A stretch of 64,000 bases of DNA. It comes from Amphiscolops sp. MND2022. Lineage: Eukaryota. Position numbers and translations under genes: made by a program. The stretch lies in NCBI GenBank assembly GCA_964187785.1, contig OZ076409.1, forward strand, positions 45,014,001-45,078,000, given 5' to 3'. This document shows, piece by piece, positions 1-13,745 of this stretch; the stretch's first letter is position 1, and each line of letters starts with the position of its first letter. The notes beneath the pieces were generated by a model, which saw nothing but the letters and a program-made list of their open reading frames with translations, was not told where the DNA came from and did not search any database.

Positions 1-1534
1 TAATTTCTTCAGCTGGAGTTTTACCATTCATTTCACTTACCGTGTATGGCGCTGAAAATCAAATAAATGACATTCAAAGTTCAAGAACTAACAGACATTC
101 AATTTTTGTAAACCCCCAGCAGGCCCTGCTCGCATACAGCGTGTAATTGAGATCGAAAGTTTGCGCCGCTATGGAAACAGCGTTGTCATTCTTTCTATCT
201 CTCCAGTAGCATGATAAAAGCGAACTCCAAAGATCGAGTATAACGTGGTGAGACGAATGCCAGCGCTTTTTTCGACCATACGCCTCCTCCTCAGTCAAAC
301 GCAAATTACTTCGGGTATAACGTCAAAAGTTCGGATATAGCGTACTGTGACAAATGGGAGTCTCGAACATCACCTCCAAAAGTCGGATAGTATTTAAAAA
401 AATATTGGGATATATATTGAGGAAACCTAATTTCGGACAAAAAATGAGTGCCGAAAATTTTAACCTTTTGAGATTTTTCAACATCCATTCTGTTGCAAAA
501 TATTAAAACATATGACGGGGGACATTAATAATTTTTCGAAAAGGAGATATGAGAATTTTGAGCAGTCCCATAGTGCCGAAAAATGTAAAAGGGAGAACAA
601 TTTGGGATTTTTAGCATCCATTATGTTGCAAAATAAATTTAAAAAATTTAAGGGAAGTTTTCGGAACCTTGTGAAGGGACCGTAGTTTTGTGTAGCATTT
701 AGGTCGCCCCGCAACGAAGGAGTTTCATTTTCAACTAGTAAAATTTGACAGTTCTTCGTTTCGGTTTCAATGCTTCAATTTTATTGGGTCAGCAAAAGGA
801 TTTTCTTTTGTCAGAAAGGATCAAAATACATTATTGCGAGAGCCTATAATTTGGTTCTTGGCGGCAAGACTTGAACTCGATAAGAAACATGGTCAGATTT
901 CTTTATTAGAAACATTGAATCCAGTTGTTTCATGCAACTTAATTTTTCCATGCATTTTACTTCCACATTTGACATAGTTTTATTGAGGCACTGGCGCACG
1001 GAAAGTTGTGGTCTTCTCCAAAAATGCTTGAAAATGTGGACCTCAAAAGATGCGTCACATATATTAAGTAAGTAGGGAAGAGCCAAGTCGGCGCTGACCA
1101 ATTATTGGATCACGGTGCCAACAAATCCAATCATGAGCACAAGACCGCCAAATTACGTAATGACAAACGAAATGAACTTCGAGGCCCCGCTAAATTAGTG
1201 GAGGTGGAGAAAAGAGTTTTTTGAATCGATCATCCAATTCAAAATATGCACGCTAATTATTACACGAGATTGATTTTTCAAGCCATTATCATCACTTGCT
1301 CCGTTTTGTGGCATATAATGAGTCAAGCTTCATACGTTCGACTACCCATGCGAAAATCATACACAGCAATAGATCATTACTGAAATAGAAAAATTATATT
1401 TTTAAATTGAAGCATGAAGATTGTTTGAAGCCTCATCAGCTTATACTTCATAGGAGGTCAACCTACAACTGAAGCCATGTATTGAAAATAGACCCAAGTT
1501 TCATTTTGAAAATAAAAATTGGAAGTAAACTTAC

Positions 1535-2084
1535 CCAAATTAAGTGTTATAGGTTGTCCGCCATTGGAGCCGTTTAAAGCAGATGCCGGAAGTTGAACCA
1601 CGTATTGCACGTCACCACCAGAAGTTGAATGTCTTTTTTGGTTATTTTTATTAGCTTCCTCGCGGGGGACAATGTCTATTAAGAAATCAAACATATCGTA
1701 TTTAGAAACAGCAGAGGCAACATCGTTCTTCTGTAAGGTTCTTCGTTTACTCTCTTCTGTATGTATCCACGCCCTGGTTGTTAACTCAGCCACAAACAAC
1801 TCACAGGCCTTGGCGAAAATGATGGGAGCTTCAGCTGATATCATCTTAACATCTTCGTCTAGTTTCATTATTTTCTTTATTCTCGCCAAAGGTAATTCCT
1901 GATCCTTGAAGTCAGTGTTTGGATTCAAATTCATACAATCCTCCATGCAGCGATGCCAGAAAGTGTCCAGGAGATGTTGACCTTCATTTGTTGGCTCTTC
2001 AAGAACAGCTGTGGTTTCAAGGCCAGCCTCCGTTTTTATAAAAGTTGCAGAATTGCTATGCGATGGTATCATTGTCATGTCAGT
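1535..2084 (-). CDS. NFYC: Nuclear transcription factor Y subunit gamma (NF-YC), main coding exon
   Basis: ORF 1458..2096 contains ELPLARIKKIMKLDEDVKMISAEAPIIFAKACELFVAELTTRAWIHTEESKRRTLQKNDVASAVSKYDMFDFLIDIVPR, the NF-YC histone fold. The exon is bounded on the minus strand by acceptor TTTCAG| (2085) and donor G|GTAAGT (1534). Further exons are not resolved. Confidence 0.93.
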
Positions 2085-2614
2085 CTGAAACAGCAAGTCA
2101 AACTTTCGTATTTGCTAGCTATAACTTCTTGCAGCAGTTTGAAAATTCATTGCACCTCTGAGTCAGCGGAAACCACTAGCGGCGAACAATGTTACGTCCT
2201 TCAAAAGCATGAATTAGGAATAACTATTATGTTGTCATCCCTGGAAATTCATCATGGAAATTCCGCATTTAAGCATTCAAAACGCTGATTTTGAAATTGA
2301 AAATTGTGACGGAAGCTTCAGGGAAAATTCATACAGCAACTGCAAAGTCAAGGGCCAACATAATATCATGAAGTATTAGCAATGTCACCCAACTATCGGC
2401 CACCAACCTTTATGACTTGATGATCGAATCAAAACTCACAAAAACGTATACCACAGTCAAATAAATCTTTAAAAAATCTTTTTGAAGTTTTAATTCAAGA
2501 AAGTAATCTATCAAACATCTATCAATAGCATCTCGATCGAACTCTTCAAAAGAAAAAAACCTACTGCCATTAGATTTTAAAATTAAATTAACGCGTTTTT
2601 GTCGCGTCCAATTC

Positions 2615-3991
2615 TCATACTGATTTGGAAAGGAGGAAGGAGGCCATTAATGGTAAATGGTCAGAAGGCTGCAGTGGATTCGGTAGACCTCCTCTTGAAT
2701 AAAGCTCTCCACCGGTCAGCAATCCTAAGCGACACAGAACACCCAATTGTGCGCCTTTTTGAGGTCGGGAATAGAAAATGTAATCCAAAGTTTCACAGCA
2801 TTTATCATGGAAGGAAGTAATTTCAGGATATTCGGGGAAGCGCAATGATTGGTGATTATAAACACTTGTGAAATTGAAATGGTGGCTCAGTTTAGACCCT
2901 ATCAAATTACAGCTATTTCGGTCATTTCTGTCAGAGGGGGGAAGACTGATGAATCGACAATTACTACCGATTCCAACGTGGTTAGGAAGGAGGGGTTCAT
3001 CGAGGAAATGTCCACTTTTATGATGTCCCATTCCAGCTATTTGGGGACCAGTAAAAAGCGTGTAGTCAAGGTTTCCGTTGACAAGAAAATTATAAAGTGG
3101 AGAGAATGGAACAGAATTGAAATCCCCACATAGTACAAAAGGTATACTATTTCTGACGAAAGGTCCCTTTTTCGAAGAGGATCCATCAGTCTCCTGCTCT
3201 TCTTGCATCAGTTTATTTGCTTCCGCCAACAGGAGAGCCAACTGCGATAGCTTAATTTCGCCTCTTTTTGGATTGAAAAGTAGATGTGTAGTTGCGATGC
3301 AAACTTTTAAATCAGGATGTGATAGCGGAGATAAGAGAGCAACAAGGCCAACATTGTCGCGGTTTAAATTGTGTACATCTTTACGAAAAAACTCCACTTT
3401 TTTGTGCTTAAGCAGTTTGAAACTCTGATTGTTGAACATCACGAGACAACCATCCGATTTATCACCTGTTCGCTTTTGATACAAACAAGAGTATCCCATA
3501 GATTCGAAAACATCTTTGAGATCAGCCTCGTAATGGTCACCCTGGACTTCCTGCAGACAGACAATGTGTGGGTTATAGAAACGCAACTCCAGAAGAAGTC
3601 TGTATCGTCTATTAAACCATGATAAACTTTTGCCATTCACATTAGAGTATAACTCTGCTTTATTGGCTTCCAATAGTTCTTGAGCGAGTATGTTATAACT
3701 AAGTATTGAAAACTCATATCCTGGATACTTTTCTGGAGAAGCAAAAAAGCGTGATCCTAAACTGGAAAACTCCCATGTTCTTCCACACATGAACTCTGCG
3801 TAATCCGTAGACATGTGCACTGAATTCAGCAACCCAAATCGATTTCCAACGAAGGACGATTTTTTATAGAACGCAGAGGAGCAAATACAATTGGAAACTG
3901 GGCGGGCTTGATTCAACTTGGAGAACTGTTTATGCATCCGATGCAACCAGAGCTGCAAAAACTTCTGAAAAAAATTATGGACCTGCGGCAT
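2615..3991 (-). CDS. ANGEL: Angel homolog (CCR4/nocturnin-family EEP phosphatase), intronless, 458 aa
   Basis: EEP motifs SYNILAQ, CLQEV, THLLFNPKRGEIKLSQL, CGDFNS, TLDYIFY and PSDHLPL. The RGEIKLSQLALLLAE segment is Angel-like. Confidence 0.9.
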   Translation of the reverse strand: MPQVHNFFQKFLQLWLHRMHKQFSKLNQARPVSNCICSSAFYKKSSFVGNRFGLLNSVHMSTDYAEFMCGRTWEFSSLGSRFFASPEKYPGYEFSILSYNILAQELLEANKAELYSNVNGKSLSWFNRRYRLLLELRFYNPHIVCLQEVQGDHYEADLKDVFESMGYSCLYQKRTGDKSDGCLVMFNNQSFKLLKHKKVEFFRKDVHNLNRDNVGLVALLSPLSHPDLKVCIATTHLLFNPKRGEIKLSQLALLLAEANKLMQEEQETDGSSSKKGPFVRNSIPFVLCGDFNSVPFSPLYNFLVNGNLDYTLFTGPQIAGMGHHKSGHFLDEPLLPNHVGIGSNCRFISLPPSDRNDRNSCNLIGSKLSHHFNFTSVYNHQSLRFPEYPEITSFHDKCCETLDYIFYSRPQKGAQLGVLCRLGLLTGGELYSRGGLPNPLQPSDHLPLMASFLLSKSV

Positions 3992-4749
3992 GTGTTCTAG
4001 GAACAGCGAGTGACGTGTTCGAAAAAATTTACTAATTCAGTTTTTACCATATTTCAATGAATTGAAACAGCGACTCTACAAAATTAAGGTGGTCTGTATT
4101 GGTTTATTGGGTTCTAACGGTTGCCTGGGATAATGGCTGGTATGAGTATCAGAATTTTAAATAGTCTCTGTCTATTTGCTTTTAGTGTTTCTTTCGGCAG
4201 ACTACCGTTGGGTGCCATCTCCCCACAACATGACCCACTTGGCACAAAAATAATGACAGATTATTGCTATTTAAGAGAGGGAAAATTTATTGCATATAGA
4301 GATGAAAGCCAATCAATGAAAAATGGCGACTTGATATTAGGACTGAAAATCAACTACAGCGGTAAGCGCTTATAACAACCTCCATTTTTGCTCATCAAAG
4401 ACAATGAATCTGAAACTATCTCAAGCTACGCAGAGGTTTTTTGCTATCCTCTTTTTTCCCACTATCAGAGGTGATCCATTGGACCTCCGAAAAAACAAAT
4501 GGGAACGGCCCAAGTCGGCGCCATATCTAAGGCTCAACAGCGGCAAGAAACTGGCGCATCATACGGAGCAAATGTGCAGACCAATGGGGTCGTCTCGGCA
4601 TCCCCACTCTGATCCTACTTTACAAAACAGTAATTCTTCCACAAATAATGTACGCTGCACCAATCTGGAGACATAAAAATACCTCCGATCTCAAAGTTTC
4701 AGAATATAAGTCGATAGATATTGTCTATCACCTCCTATTGCTACTAGTG

Positions 4750-5440
4750 AGGATAAATGGTCACTTGGCTTAATGCCATTTGGCTTAATACAATTGGTCA
4801 CTTGGCTTAATTTTTTTAAGCTAAGTGTCTCGGGTATTGGTCACTTGACTTAAAGTCATTTGACTTAAAACCATTTAGTTGAAAACACGTGGCAGACTTT
4901 GTCGAATTTATCTTTATAATGTAGTCAGCGTATTATTATAACGGGGACCAGGAACAGTATCTAAAGGAATAGTATCGATATAGTAACGATATGATTGGTC
5001 AAAACATCCTCATCCATGTCAGTTTGAGTTATCGGATTGGTTTAGATATTATTCCCTTAGATACTATTCCTAACACTCTATTATAACATGTCATATCAAG
5101 TACCCCTCGGATATGTCCCCATTTCCTCCAGTGACATGCGGCCCCTTGGGGCCGCTTATATTCCAATCTTGCTAAGCGAGGTCGAACAGGAGCAAAGACC
5201 TAGAGGGAACGAAGATCACGAAGCGATCGTAGTGGGAGCTGGTCTTTGCGACGGTGAGGGCGAGCGTGCATACACCGCATATGCCCCACATTATGATACT
5301 TGTGTGAGTTGACATATTTATTCCTTGAGTTGAAATGGAGTTGGCTTTATTTTGTGGTCACTTGGCTTAAAATTTTTAAGCCATATGAAAGGACGAAAAA
5401 ATTAAGCCAAATGGTATTGAGCAAAGTGACTGGTAACCCT
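4750..5440. repeat. Inverted-repeat (MITE-like) element built from TGGTCACTTGGCTTAA units
   Basis: Several GGTCACTTGGCTTAA copies at 4758-4870 and 5355-5370, and reverse-complement TTAAGCCAA/AAGTGAC copies near 5400-5439. The same motif family occurs at 10757-11273. Confidence 0.5.
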
Positions 5441-5543
5441 AGTGAGGTCCGGCTAGGAATTCCTCCTCTGCACTTGGACGGCGACTCGCTCGACATCAAA
5501 TTTCTAATCAAAGCTACCTTACAATCCGACCTTGTCTCAACAG

Positions 5544-5546
<3 letters not shown>

Positions 5547-5592
<46 letters not shown>
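5547..5592. repeat. (AT)n microsatellite abutting an assembly gap
   Basis: Perfect AT run directly before the N block. Confidence 0.98.
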
Positions 5593-5792
5593 NNNNNNNN
5601 NNNNNNNNNNNNNNNNNNNNNNNNNNNNNNNNNNNNNNNNNNNNNNNNNNNNNNNNNNNNNNNNNNNNNNNNNNNNNNNNNNNNNNNNNNNNNNNNNNNN
5701 NNNNNNNNNNNNNNNNNNNNNNNNNNNNNNNNNNNNNNNNNNNNNNNNNNNNNNNNNNNNNNNNNNNNNNNNNNNNNNNNNNNNNNNNNNNN
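5593..5792. other. Assembly gap (200 N)
   Basis: Run of N. Confidence 1.
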
Positions 5793-5879
5793 TGTACACC
5801 TATGCACCTATGACCTATGAATACATATCTATATTCAACACCAAAGTAAATTAACTTCTTTTCTTTCATCATCTTCCCC

Positions 5880-8800
5880 CTAATCAGTCAGCAGGCTTTA
5901 CCAACAGCGGATCTCGAGTGAATGATTTTGTTATGGAAGACATCGGTCAGTGGGCTTTTCCCTCGGTTCAGCCATAACGTGTTTAGATATGTGGATATCA
6001 ATTCAGAGGTTTAACCACTTTCGTATGTGTTGGTCAGTTTGCAATGCCTTCTCCAGAAACGTTCGAGGACGCAACTATTGCTGAGATTTTGGGTTAAGGC
6101 TTGGTTGTGATCTGCCAGGTTGTTTTTTGGCTTCGTTTTGAACAAAAATTGGACTGCTAAACTGGCAGAACTAGTCAATTGGCAGGATTCCGGTGAGAAC
6201 TTCAGCTGTGGTACTATTTAGTGTTAACAATTTTTGATGATCGGTCTCAGGATAACATTTTGGAAAAGTTGTAGTAATTTGATATTCTTTTGTGCCCATA
6301 TTGCTCATAATGTTGCTCCATATTAACCTTTAAATTGTATGACAATTCGGTAAAGTCAGAGAACTGTCGGTAAGGTAATGCTTCACTTGGTGCTGCAATG
6401 CTTTTGGAGGACATGCCAGTTTCGCATAACTTTGGCAACTGAGATTTCAATGTGTTGTATGTAGTTGAGTTTAGGATCGATGAAAAATCCCCTTGAAAAT
6501 TGGAAAGAAGGAAACTGTTTCGGAAAATGTCGGCAGGGTGCCGACAAACTATCGGGAGGCCAAACGGATTACCGAAACGATATCTGCACATCAATTTACT
6601 GAAAAGTCGAAAACTTTTCAGGGGTCAAAAAAATCGTGGTCGGCATTAGCAAACAATATCAATAATGCCGTTGTGCTCACCATAACCAAAGACGAAAACA
6701 ATTCCCTCAGTAAGACAGTCAGCAGACGTATGAACAAATTGCCTATGCAATGCGCGGTATCGATGAGACAAAAGGACCAGATACTCTCCCTAAAAGACGA
6801 TTTAGAAGTGATAACAGTGAAACATTTTAGCTGAAAAGACACCCAAAAATATTCGAATTTTCAACAACAATATGTCGTCCAGACGCATATGACAAGACTC
6901 GGCCGTACCATCACTCCATTTTTGACCAACTGAGTGGATCATTCATCCAACGAGCGGCGATCAAAACTCACGGCAGTCATGGTCATTCCGGCCAATTTCA
7001 TCCAACTTCGACAATCATCTATTAAAGAATCTCAGCAAAACTATTGCAAAACTGGCCATCCGAATCGCAACTTCGAAATATATATAATCTGCACAACCCC
7101 TAAATTGTTGGTTAGTCTGACAAACTTGTTTTTAGGCACACGATAACGGTTCTGTGAAAATGAAAAAGCAGTTGAAGGTCTGTAAGTTATAACCTCAGGG
7201 ATTTTGCGTCTTTACGTGTAAAGTACTGCCTCGAAAGAGCCGTTTCCTTTCTTGTCTAATTTCTGAACGTCCAGAATCTGTTAGGAAACTTATTAGGCTC
7301 GTGTTCCAAGCACGTGAATAGATAATTTCCGTGGCTAGTCCGGGCGCACAAAACTGCTCGTACACGAGGGAAGAAAGTAAGTAGTGCAGGACTGATTCTG
7401 TATCTACTCTACAAGGGCGAAGTGGAGCCTCCGCTCGCCCCATTTCGTATGCATCGTCTGCCAGTTCCACGTTGCAAATCAAAAAGAGCTTATTGATAGT
7501 TGTTTTCACGTGTCTGCTTATCGTTTTTGAATAGGCAATCTCTTCCAATTAAATTTGAGTGATTGAACAATCTAGTGGGGTAGTCCTGAAAACGTTCTTG
7601 AATATTCTGTTCTATCTAATTTCACGTACTCATGGCATGTTGTCACCGTGTAACCAATATGTTGCAACTATTTTGAAGCTCCCTCAAAACTTGAGGTTAT
7701 GCGCCGATCTACTGTATCGGTAGTTTTTCCGTGCTTTGCGGAGTTTTCGGCTTTTGCAAATTTTCGAGTTCTTCGCACCAATACGATTGCGAGAAGCAAC
7801 AGATCTTATTCATTGAAAAATGTTGTTCTGAAGCTGTTTGAATTGCTTTTTTCAGTAGCAACCAGGAAGATTCGGCGTCCATTGCCTTGAAATCTATCCC
7901 GGTTGTTAGTAGGCTTTTCACACACTCGTAGAAGCATTCCCAATTGGCGTCCTTTGGGTCTTTTTTAATTTCAGCCACGGGAAGGTGTCTTCTCGTCAGA
8001 AGGTGTCCCCTCGTAGAAGGTGTCCCCTGACATGATAAGGAGGCCAATGACACTGCTCCTGTTGGTTAACACAAATAGGGTTGTCCGTGTTTGAGGACCT
8101 TAATGACCCTGGAGGAGTCGTATCGTGCTTCCACTAGAGTTCTGTCGTGCTCATTTTTCAATCTGTCTCCACAAATTGAGTGTCTAGTAATAATATCACT
8201 CGCTCGTAGAAGTTCGTGGTTTTGTTTAGTGGAAAAGGTCATCGCTTCCTCGAGCTGACCGATAAAAGTTTGTAGTTTTGGTGAGCAGGTTGGTGGAAGG
8301 CAGACAGCTTCAATGAAATTGGTATTTTGCTAATAGTGACAATGGCCCAGACAGAGTCAATCGGAGCGTTTAAGTTTTTCAGCACGTGAGTGATATCTTT
8401 TTCTGAATAAAATAGAAGTCCTCCTTGACCTGTCGTCCCACAGAATATAATGTCAGAATATTTAAATATTTCATGTGCTGATAGTTCTCGGTGAGTCTCC
8501 GTTAACAACACTGCATGGGGCTTCCCTTGGTTCAAGTGAAAAGATAACGCAGTTGTGCAATGAGTGCTTAATCCTGCCATATTTACTTGCATTATGCGTG
8601 CCATGTGTTCTCAGTGATGAGTTTGTCAATTTTGTCTTGTAATTGCTTTCGTAGGGGTTCCAATAGGCACTGATATAACTTTTTTATAGTCTTCAGGTAG
8701 ACAGGACAACCTCTCGATATCTAAAGAGGTTTGTTCCAGACAGTTAACACATTTGTAATTTTGCTCCGAATGGTGACAAACATCGGAATTATGATTCTCT

Positions 8801-9760
8801 GCACATTTATCACATTTTGGACTCAATTTGCAAGATGGTGCTCTTTGACCAAATTTCTGGCATTTGAAGCATCTGGTCACGTGATTATCTGGTTTCTCGA
8901 TTTATTCGGTAGGTATGAAAAACAACTGGTTGTCAAGTTGCTCTAAAACTTGTTCCGCCAGCGTCTCATCCCTGATTCCTGTGTCGACTACTCTCATAAT
9001 TAGAGCACTATCCAGGCGTTTTTCTTTTGAGTTTGAAACTCTAGTATCTGTACCCATGGCATCTTTATTCCATTTTTGCATAATATCAGCTTCTTTGTCT
9101 GCGGAATCGAATTCCAAAGGACCTTTCCTCTACTATTCCTGGAAGCATGGATTAGTATTTTATTTGGGAAGTCTTTGGCGAACGCTTTTTGATGTTGCCA
9201 TACTGTTGGCAAGGCTGCTGTCTGACTTTTCCAGAAGAACATCTGTTCGATCGATTGCGAAGCTTTTTTTCCATAAGCTGGGATAACATGACTGCACATT
9301 TGGCTGCGTTTTGAGCTGTGTTAGTGTAATGCTGTGTTGTTGAACGTTTTAGTTCAACTCCATCGAGGTAGGCTTCAGGCCAGTAACTGTTGATTCACAT
9401 GCAATGCAATCGTCCTGAATGCCTTCAATTCTTTCAAAACTTTCAGAAACTACGGATCCTTTCCTGCAATCCCATCTGCCACCATGTGTTTGATTGTCAT
9501 TAGGTTTTCTTTCTAGTTCAAGACGCAAGTTTGGAAACCCTTTTTGCACTGTCGTTTTCACTGTGCGTCTGCATTGTTTACAGAACAACATCCTCCCTTC
9601 AATTTCGTTTAACTCATCGATCTGTTGTTTTGTGAGTCCCACGCAGTTGCCGTGGGACCATTTTGCACTGGCGTCGAAGAAAATTGCCGCCTCGTTTTCA
9701 ATGGTATGAGGGCAACTGATACTTATCCTTTTTGGTTGATTTTTTTGTTACGGTCACTCA
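5880..9760 (-). mobile_element. Heavily degenerate LINE (PHD-like plus CCHC ORF1, APE-RT ORF2)
   Basis: Minus-strand fragments: LFCKQCR (9349..9642); triple knuckle CFKCQKFGQRAPSC/CDKCAENHNSDVC/CVNC (8626..8880); APE start MARIMQVNMAGL...LLTETH (8239..8604). Many stops and frameshifts. Confidence 0.75.
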
Positions 9761-10756
9761 TTGCCTGGCTTTTTAACAAAGATACCTACTGAGACACTGA
9801 AGTCCATTAAGTGCATAAGCTAAATAAACAGTTTTGAGTGGCTTATTTTAAGCAGACGACTGCTTTTTTTCTGGGTTTTCTTTCTTCTTACCTGAGTCGG
9901 TTTTTCCAGAAGGATCGGTTTCCGCGGTCCAGATTTCTAAGGTTGTTCCGGTTCTTCAATGTAGTATGAAGTAAATTGCGGCCAGTTTCAATATTCGGGT
10001 GTATATTCTTGAGATCAGAAACAAAATTTGGGTTGTTTCTTTTCCGGGTTGACGTGCGACATGTCGTTACGTCCAGAATAACAAGCCCCTTGCTTTTTAA
10101 CTTTTGCAGAATAACTGGTGAGTTTGCGATTTGGACGTAAAGAAAAGCTGGTATCCTGTTTTGGACCGAAAACAGGATGTCCAGCAATTTATCTGTCTGG
10201 CAGTGTCCGTTACCATTGCTTCCACGTTTGGAAATGGAATTGCTGATCTTGTAAAGCCAATTTATCATTTTTTCGGTTCTACTTTTCAGTGATAAGTTTT
10301 GGATTTTATTCCTAGGGTCGAAGACGCGTGGTTTTAAAGATAAACCACGAATTGTCAGGATATTTTATTTCCATCGCTTTTGCTTGAGGCGTTCTAACGA
10401 ATTAAAGCGTTGCCGCAAGTGATCAACGTCTCTGCAACTGATTCCCTTGTAGGCGTTCGCAAACCAGTCAAGGGTCAATCCAGATCCAAAAGATTCAAAG
10501 ATGTGTTAAGCAACCAGATGTTCTTTCAGTTTCAATAAATCTCTCTAAATCTTTTCAATACGTCTATCACATAAAGTAGGCTGCATTACAACACTGAGTT
10601 TGATAACAAACTTGAGCTTCATCACAACACGCAACTTCGAAAAAGGACAGAAACCACCTAAAAAACAATAACCCTCGTGGTTTATTTCCATGTGACTACA
10701 CCCAGGCCCATAATGGGATCGACTAAAGCTTTGGCTGCAGGTTAAAACCTGTGTTA

Positions 10757-11273
10757 GGTTTTAAGTCACTTGGCTCAAAATCATTTGATCAAGCTATTTG
10801 CTCTGGTCAATTGGTTGAGTAATTTTACAAGAAATGACCACAAATTCAGCCAAGTCAATTCTGACTCAAGCAATAGCTGAAAACGACCTCTTAAAGATCA
10901 AAACTTAATAGAGTTTTCTACAAAACGTTTAGCAAAATGTGACGAAATGTTCAGCATTTTTGGCTCGGCCGCTTCAATCCTTTCGCCAAGTAGCAATATT
11001 GGAGAATGATCATATGGCACGTCTCTCTGTTGTGCTCCGTTCCTGCATTTAGGTCACAAGTGGTATGTGAACATGGCTGACTACGTCAAAACAATAAATT
11101 CGACAGAATTTTCCTCGCGTTTCCAGTTTAGTGGTTTTCAGACAAATGGGATAAGGTCACGTGGCGATTTACCTGAGAAATTTGGCTTCAAACAAACAAT
11201 TAAGCCAAGTGACCATATGCATTATGTCAAATGACTTTGGGCCAAACAACTTTAGGCCAAGTGTTCACTTACC
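10757..11273. repeat. Second MITE-like inverted-repeat element of the GTCACTTGGC family
   Basis: AAGTCACTTGGCTCAAA at the left; TTAAGCCAAGTGACCA and TTAGGCCAAGTGTTCACTTACCC at the right. Confidence 0.5.
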
Positions 11274-11369
11274 CGGCCACTTATGAGAGGAAGAAGCACT
11301 TTGAAACGTTTTCATTCGGCCCATTTTATCAAAGTGAGCCTGACTATTACAGTGGCAAGTTTTTTTTCT

Positions 11370-11900
11370 TTTTTTGTCAGACCACAGGATGTATGCGTAG
11401 TGGACACTTTTTGTAAAGAACTACTAATCTACTGGACCGGCAAAGGAAAAGTTAGTGGAAGGGGTCCCCCCTTTCGTGTACTCAATTTTTAACGTAAGTT
11501 ACAAAACCTTACGGGACTACTCAGAGTACTATGAATTTTTTTGTCGGCACTGTGCGACGTTTTTTTTCGAACTTTTTTTTTGTCGCCGAAGGGTCCGTCC
11601 TACAAGTTTCTTGATATTTTCTAGCAGACTGAAGTTTCATAAGAACCCAATTGGTCTCCTCTTTCTAGTTTTTCGGAACTAAAAGACCGTTTCAAAATTC
11701 TCAATTTTCTTTTTTTGAAAATTTTTTCAAAAATAAAAAAAATTAATGTCTCCAAAGGCTCCCCCTTCAACTGTTTTGACATTTTGAAACAGACTGGATT
11801 TGAAAAAGTCTAAAAGGCCCTCCTTTTTACAATTTTAAAAACTTTGCGCCTTTTGAGCCTTAGATATAGCTCCGACGTAAGACGTTCCCGACTTGTTTCA
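11370..11900 (+). repeat. Dispersed T-rich non-autonomous repeat
   Basis: GTGGACACTT...GAACTACTAA...GGACCGG head shared with 60639-60680. GGTCCCCCTTTC/TTTTTTGATATTTTGCAACA-type modules are shared with 58300-58700 and 61200-61550. Its end resembles the reverse complement of 4495-4545. Confidence 0.6.
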
Positions 11901-11969
11901 ATAACCTCAACCTTCTAGGCCAAGATGATCAATGTTGTCTAGGTGAAAAACGTTGCATTGTACATGCTA

Positions 11970-13745
11970 TTCCTTCCCTCCGTGATGTCTCCGAAACACC
12001 AGAAGCTGAAACCAATCTCTTGATAGACGGAAAAACGCGGTAATTATCCTAATAGACCAGTTAGCCTCAAGGAACATCAGGAAAATCAGTCCATCGCTGT
12101 TTGACAATATTGAAAACTCATTCAATGAGCCATCCCCACTGTTCGTTGAGAGCGAAACTCTAATGTCACAGGAAAGGACAACACAAGATGACCTATTGAC
12201 AAAGGCCATGTACGGCGGCGTGGCACTGCTGCTCTTGATGAAATTGATGAAAGAAGACAAGGTCACTCACAAACGGTACGTCGATGATGGCAATGCCGTC
12301 GGAAGAACCCAATCACTCAAAAGCCTACAAGAGAAGCGAAAAAACATAACCCAGGTTTTAGACACAACGAACATCATCGCGAAAGGGCCTTTGTTCAAAA
12401 AACTCGATCAGCCTTCGCAAATTGCGAAATGGCCATAACAACAGGACATCAAGTCCTAGGATCGATAATCGGGTGCGAGTCTACAAGCAACATTTTCCAG
12501 GAAGAGTCTGCTGCAACTCCATAATTGTTTTTGACTCTATAATTGTCAAAACTATCCCAGCGCGCTAATAAATCCCCTCAAAATGTATACCATTCTTACA
12601 CCGAAGGCTTTTGAAACAAGCTCTCTTTTCTGTCCAGAACAACCCTCAAAATGGACTGCTACGTACTACAGAGAGAAGAAAAGGTTTCGGAAGAATTGAT
12701 ATCCCCAATCACTGGCGCGAGTATTCATAATGAATATCATTGCCTGCTTTTCTCTCTACCACTGAAAATGGTGGTCGGAACATTGCCCTTTGTGAAGACC
12801 AAACAGGAGATTCCGATTGGTTCAAGACAGTGAGTTAATGTTTCAACCATGGAAACCCAATAATTGCTCAAACCCTCAAAAATAATCTTACCAGACTCCA
12901 AAAAAAGAACAACTCAAAAACAACGCTTGAAAACTAACGTTTTCACTGACGAAGTCTATGCAATTGAGCACCCCTCTGAAAAAGGAGCCTCTAGTGGGCT
13001 CAACGTTTTGACGCTACGGAGATATGAATTCGAGCTGACTAAATCAGAGTTTCGAGACGGCTTGTCGTTTTGCTCTGGATGAAAACCAAACAACAACCCT
13101 AGTGTATATCCTTGCGGAGAAAAGTTTACTTCGTCTCATGCCTTGCACTGTGCCAAAAGCCGTTATACTCACAAGCGTATTATCAAAATCCGCGACACTT
13201 TCGCAATGCTCATCGACAATGTTTGCTATGAAATGAAGATTTAGCTCGAACGTCAGCCGTTATCAGGCGAGTCATTCGATGACAAATCATCAACCACAGA
13301 TGGAGCCAGGTTACACATAAAAACCAAAGTTTATGAACTCCAATTTTACTCGTACATTTTTGACTTGAATATTGCCATTTCACTGGCAAAATTATGCCGA
13401 AAAAACAACCGAGATGTCTACAAATCTCAAGAAGCTTCAAAAAATTTACAAATGAACAACAGGTCATTGACGTGGAGAACAGATTTTTTTAATCCGCTCG
13501 TTTTTGCAACCACTGGATGAGCAACCCCGTCACCGTGCAAAGTCATGACGACAATCGGTCAGAAAACGAGCTACAATACTTCCTAGCCATACGCCGATGC
13601 CATGGGATACATCAGGACAAATGTGGAATTTGGGTTGTTCTGGAGATCTATCTTTTGCTCAACAGGGTTTAGGTCACTCAAAAGTTCAACTCCGGCTGTG
13701 GAGTCATCCATGAGTACCATTGTAAAGGAGGAGAGGCTTTCAGAT
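11970..13745 (+). mobile_element. Degenerate CRE-like non-LTR retrotransposon (RT plus restriction-like endonuclease)
   Basis: Fragments SQERTTQDDLLTKAMYG (GTTQGDPL-like), YVDDGNAVG, EKGASSGLNVL...LTKSEFRDGL, and a degenerate PCGEKFTSSHALHC zinc motif, typical of CRE-clade elements. Confidence 0.7.

Noticed and set aside
5088..5312. Rossmann-like AIVVGAGL in a 74 aa ORF
   Set aside because: Short ORF inside a MITE-like repeat, with no other oxidoreductase features.
5300..5872. ORFs spanning (AT)n and the N gap
   Set aside because: Artefacts of the microsatellite and gap; only a small LINE-like fragment (LGIPPL...IKFLIK) is real.
9888..10620. Possible Penelope/GIY-YIG or other retroelement remnant
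   Set aside because: Too degenerate to assign by eye.
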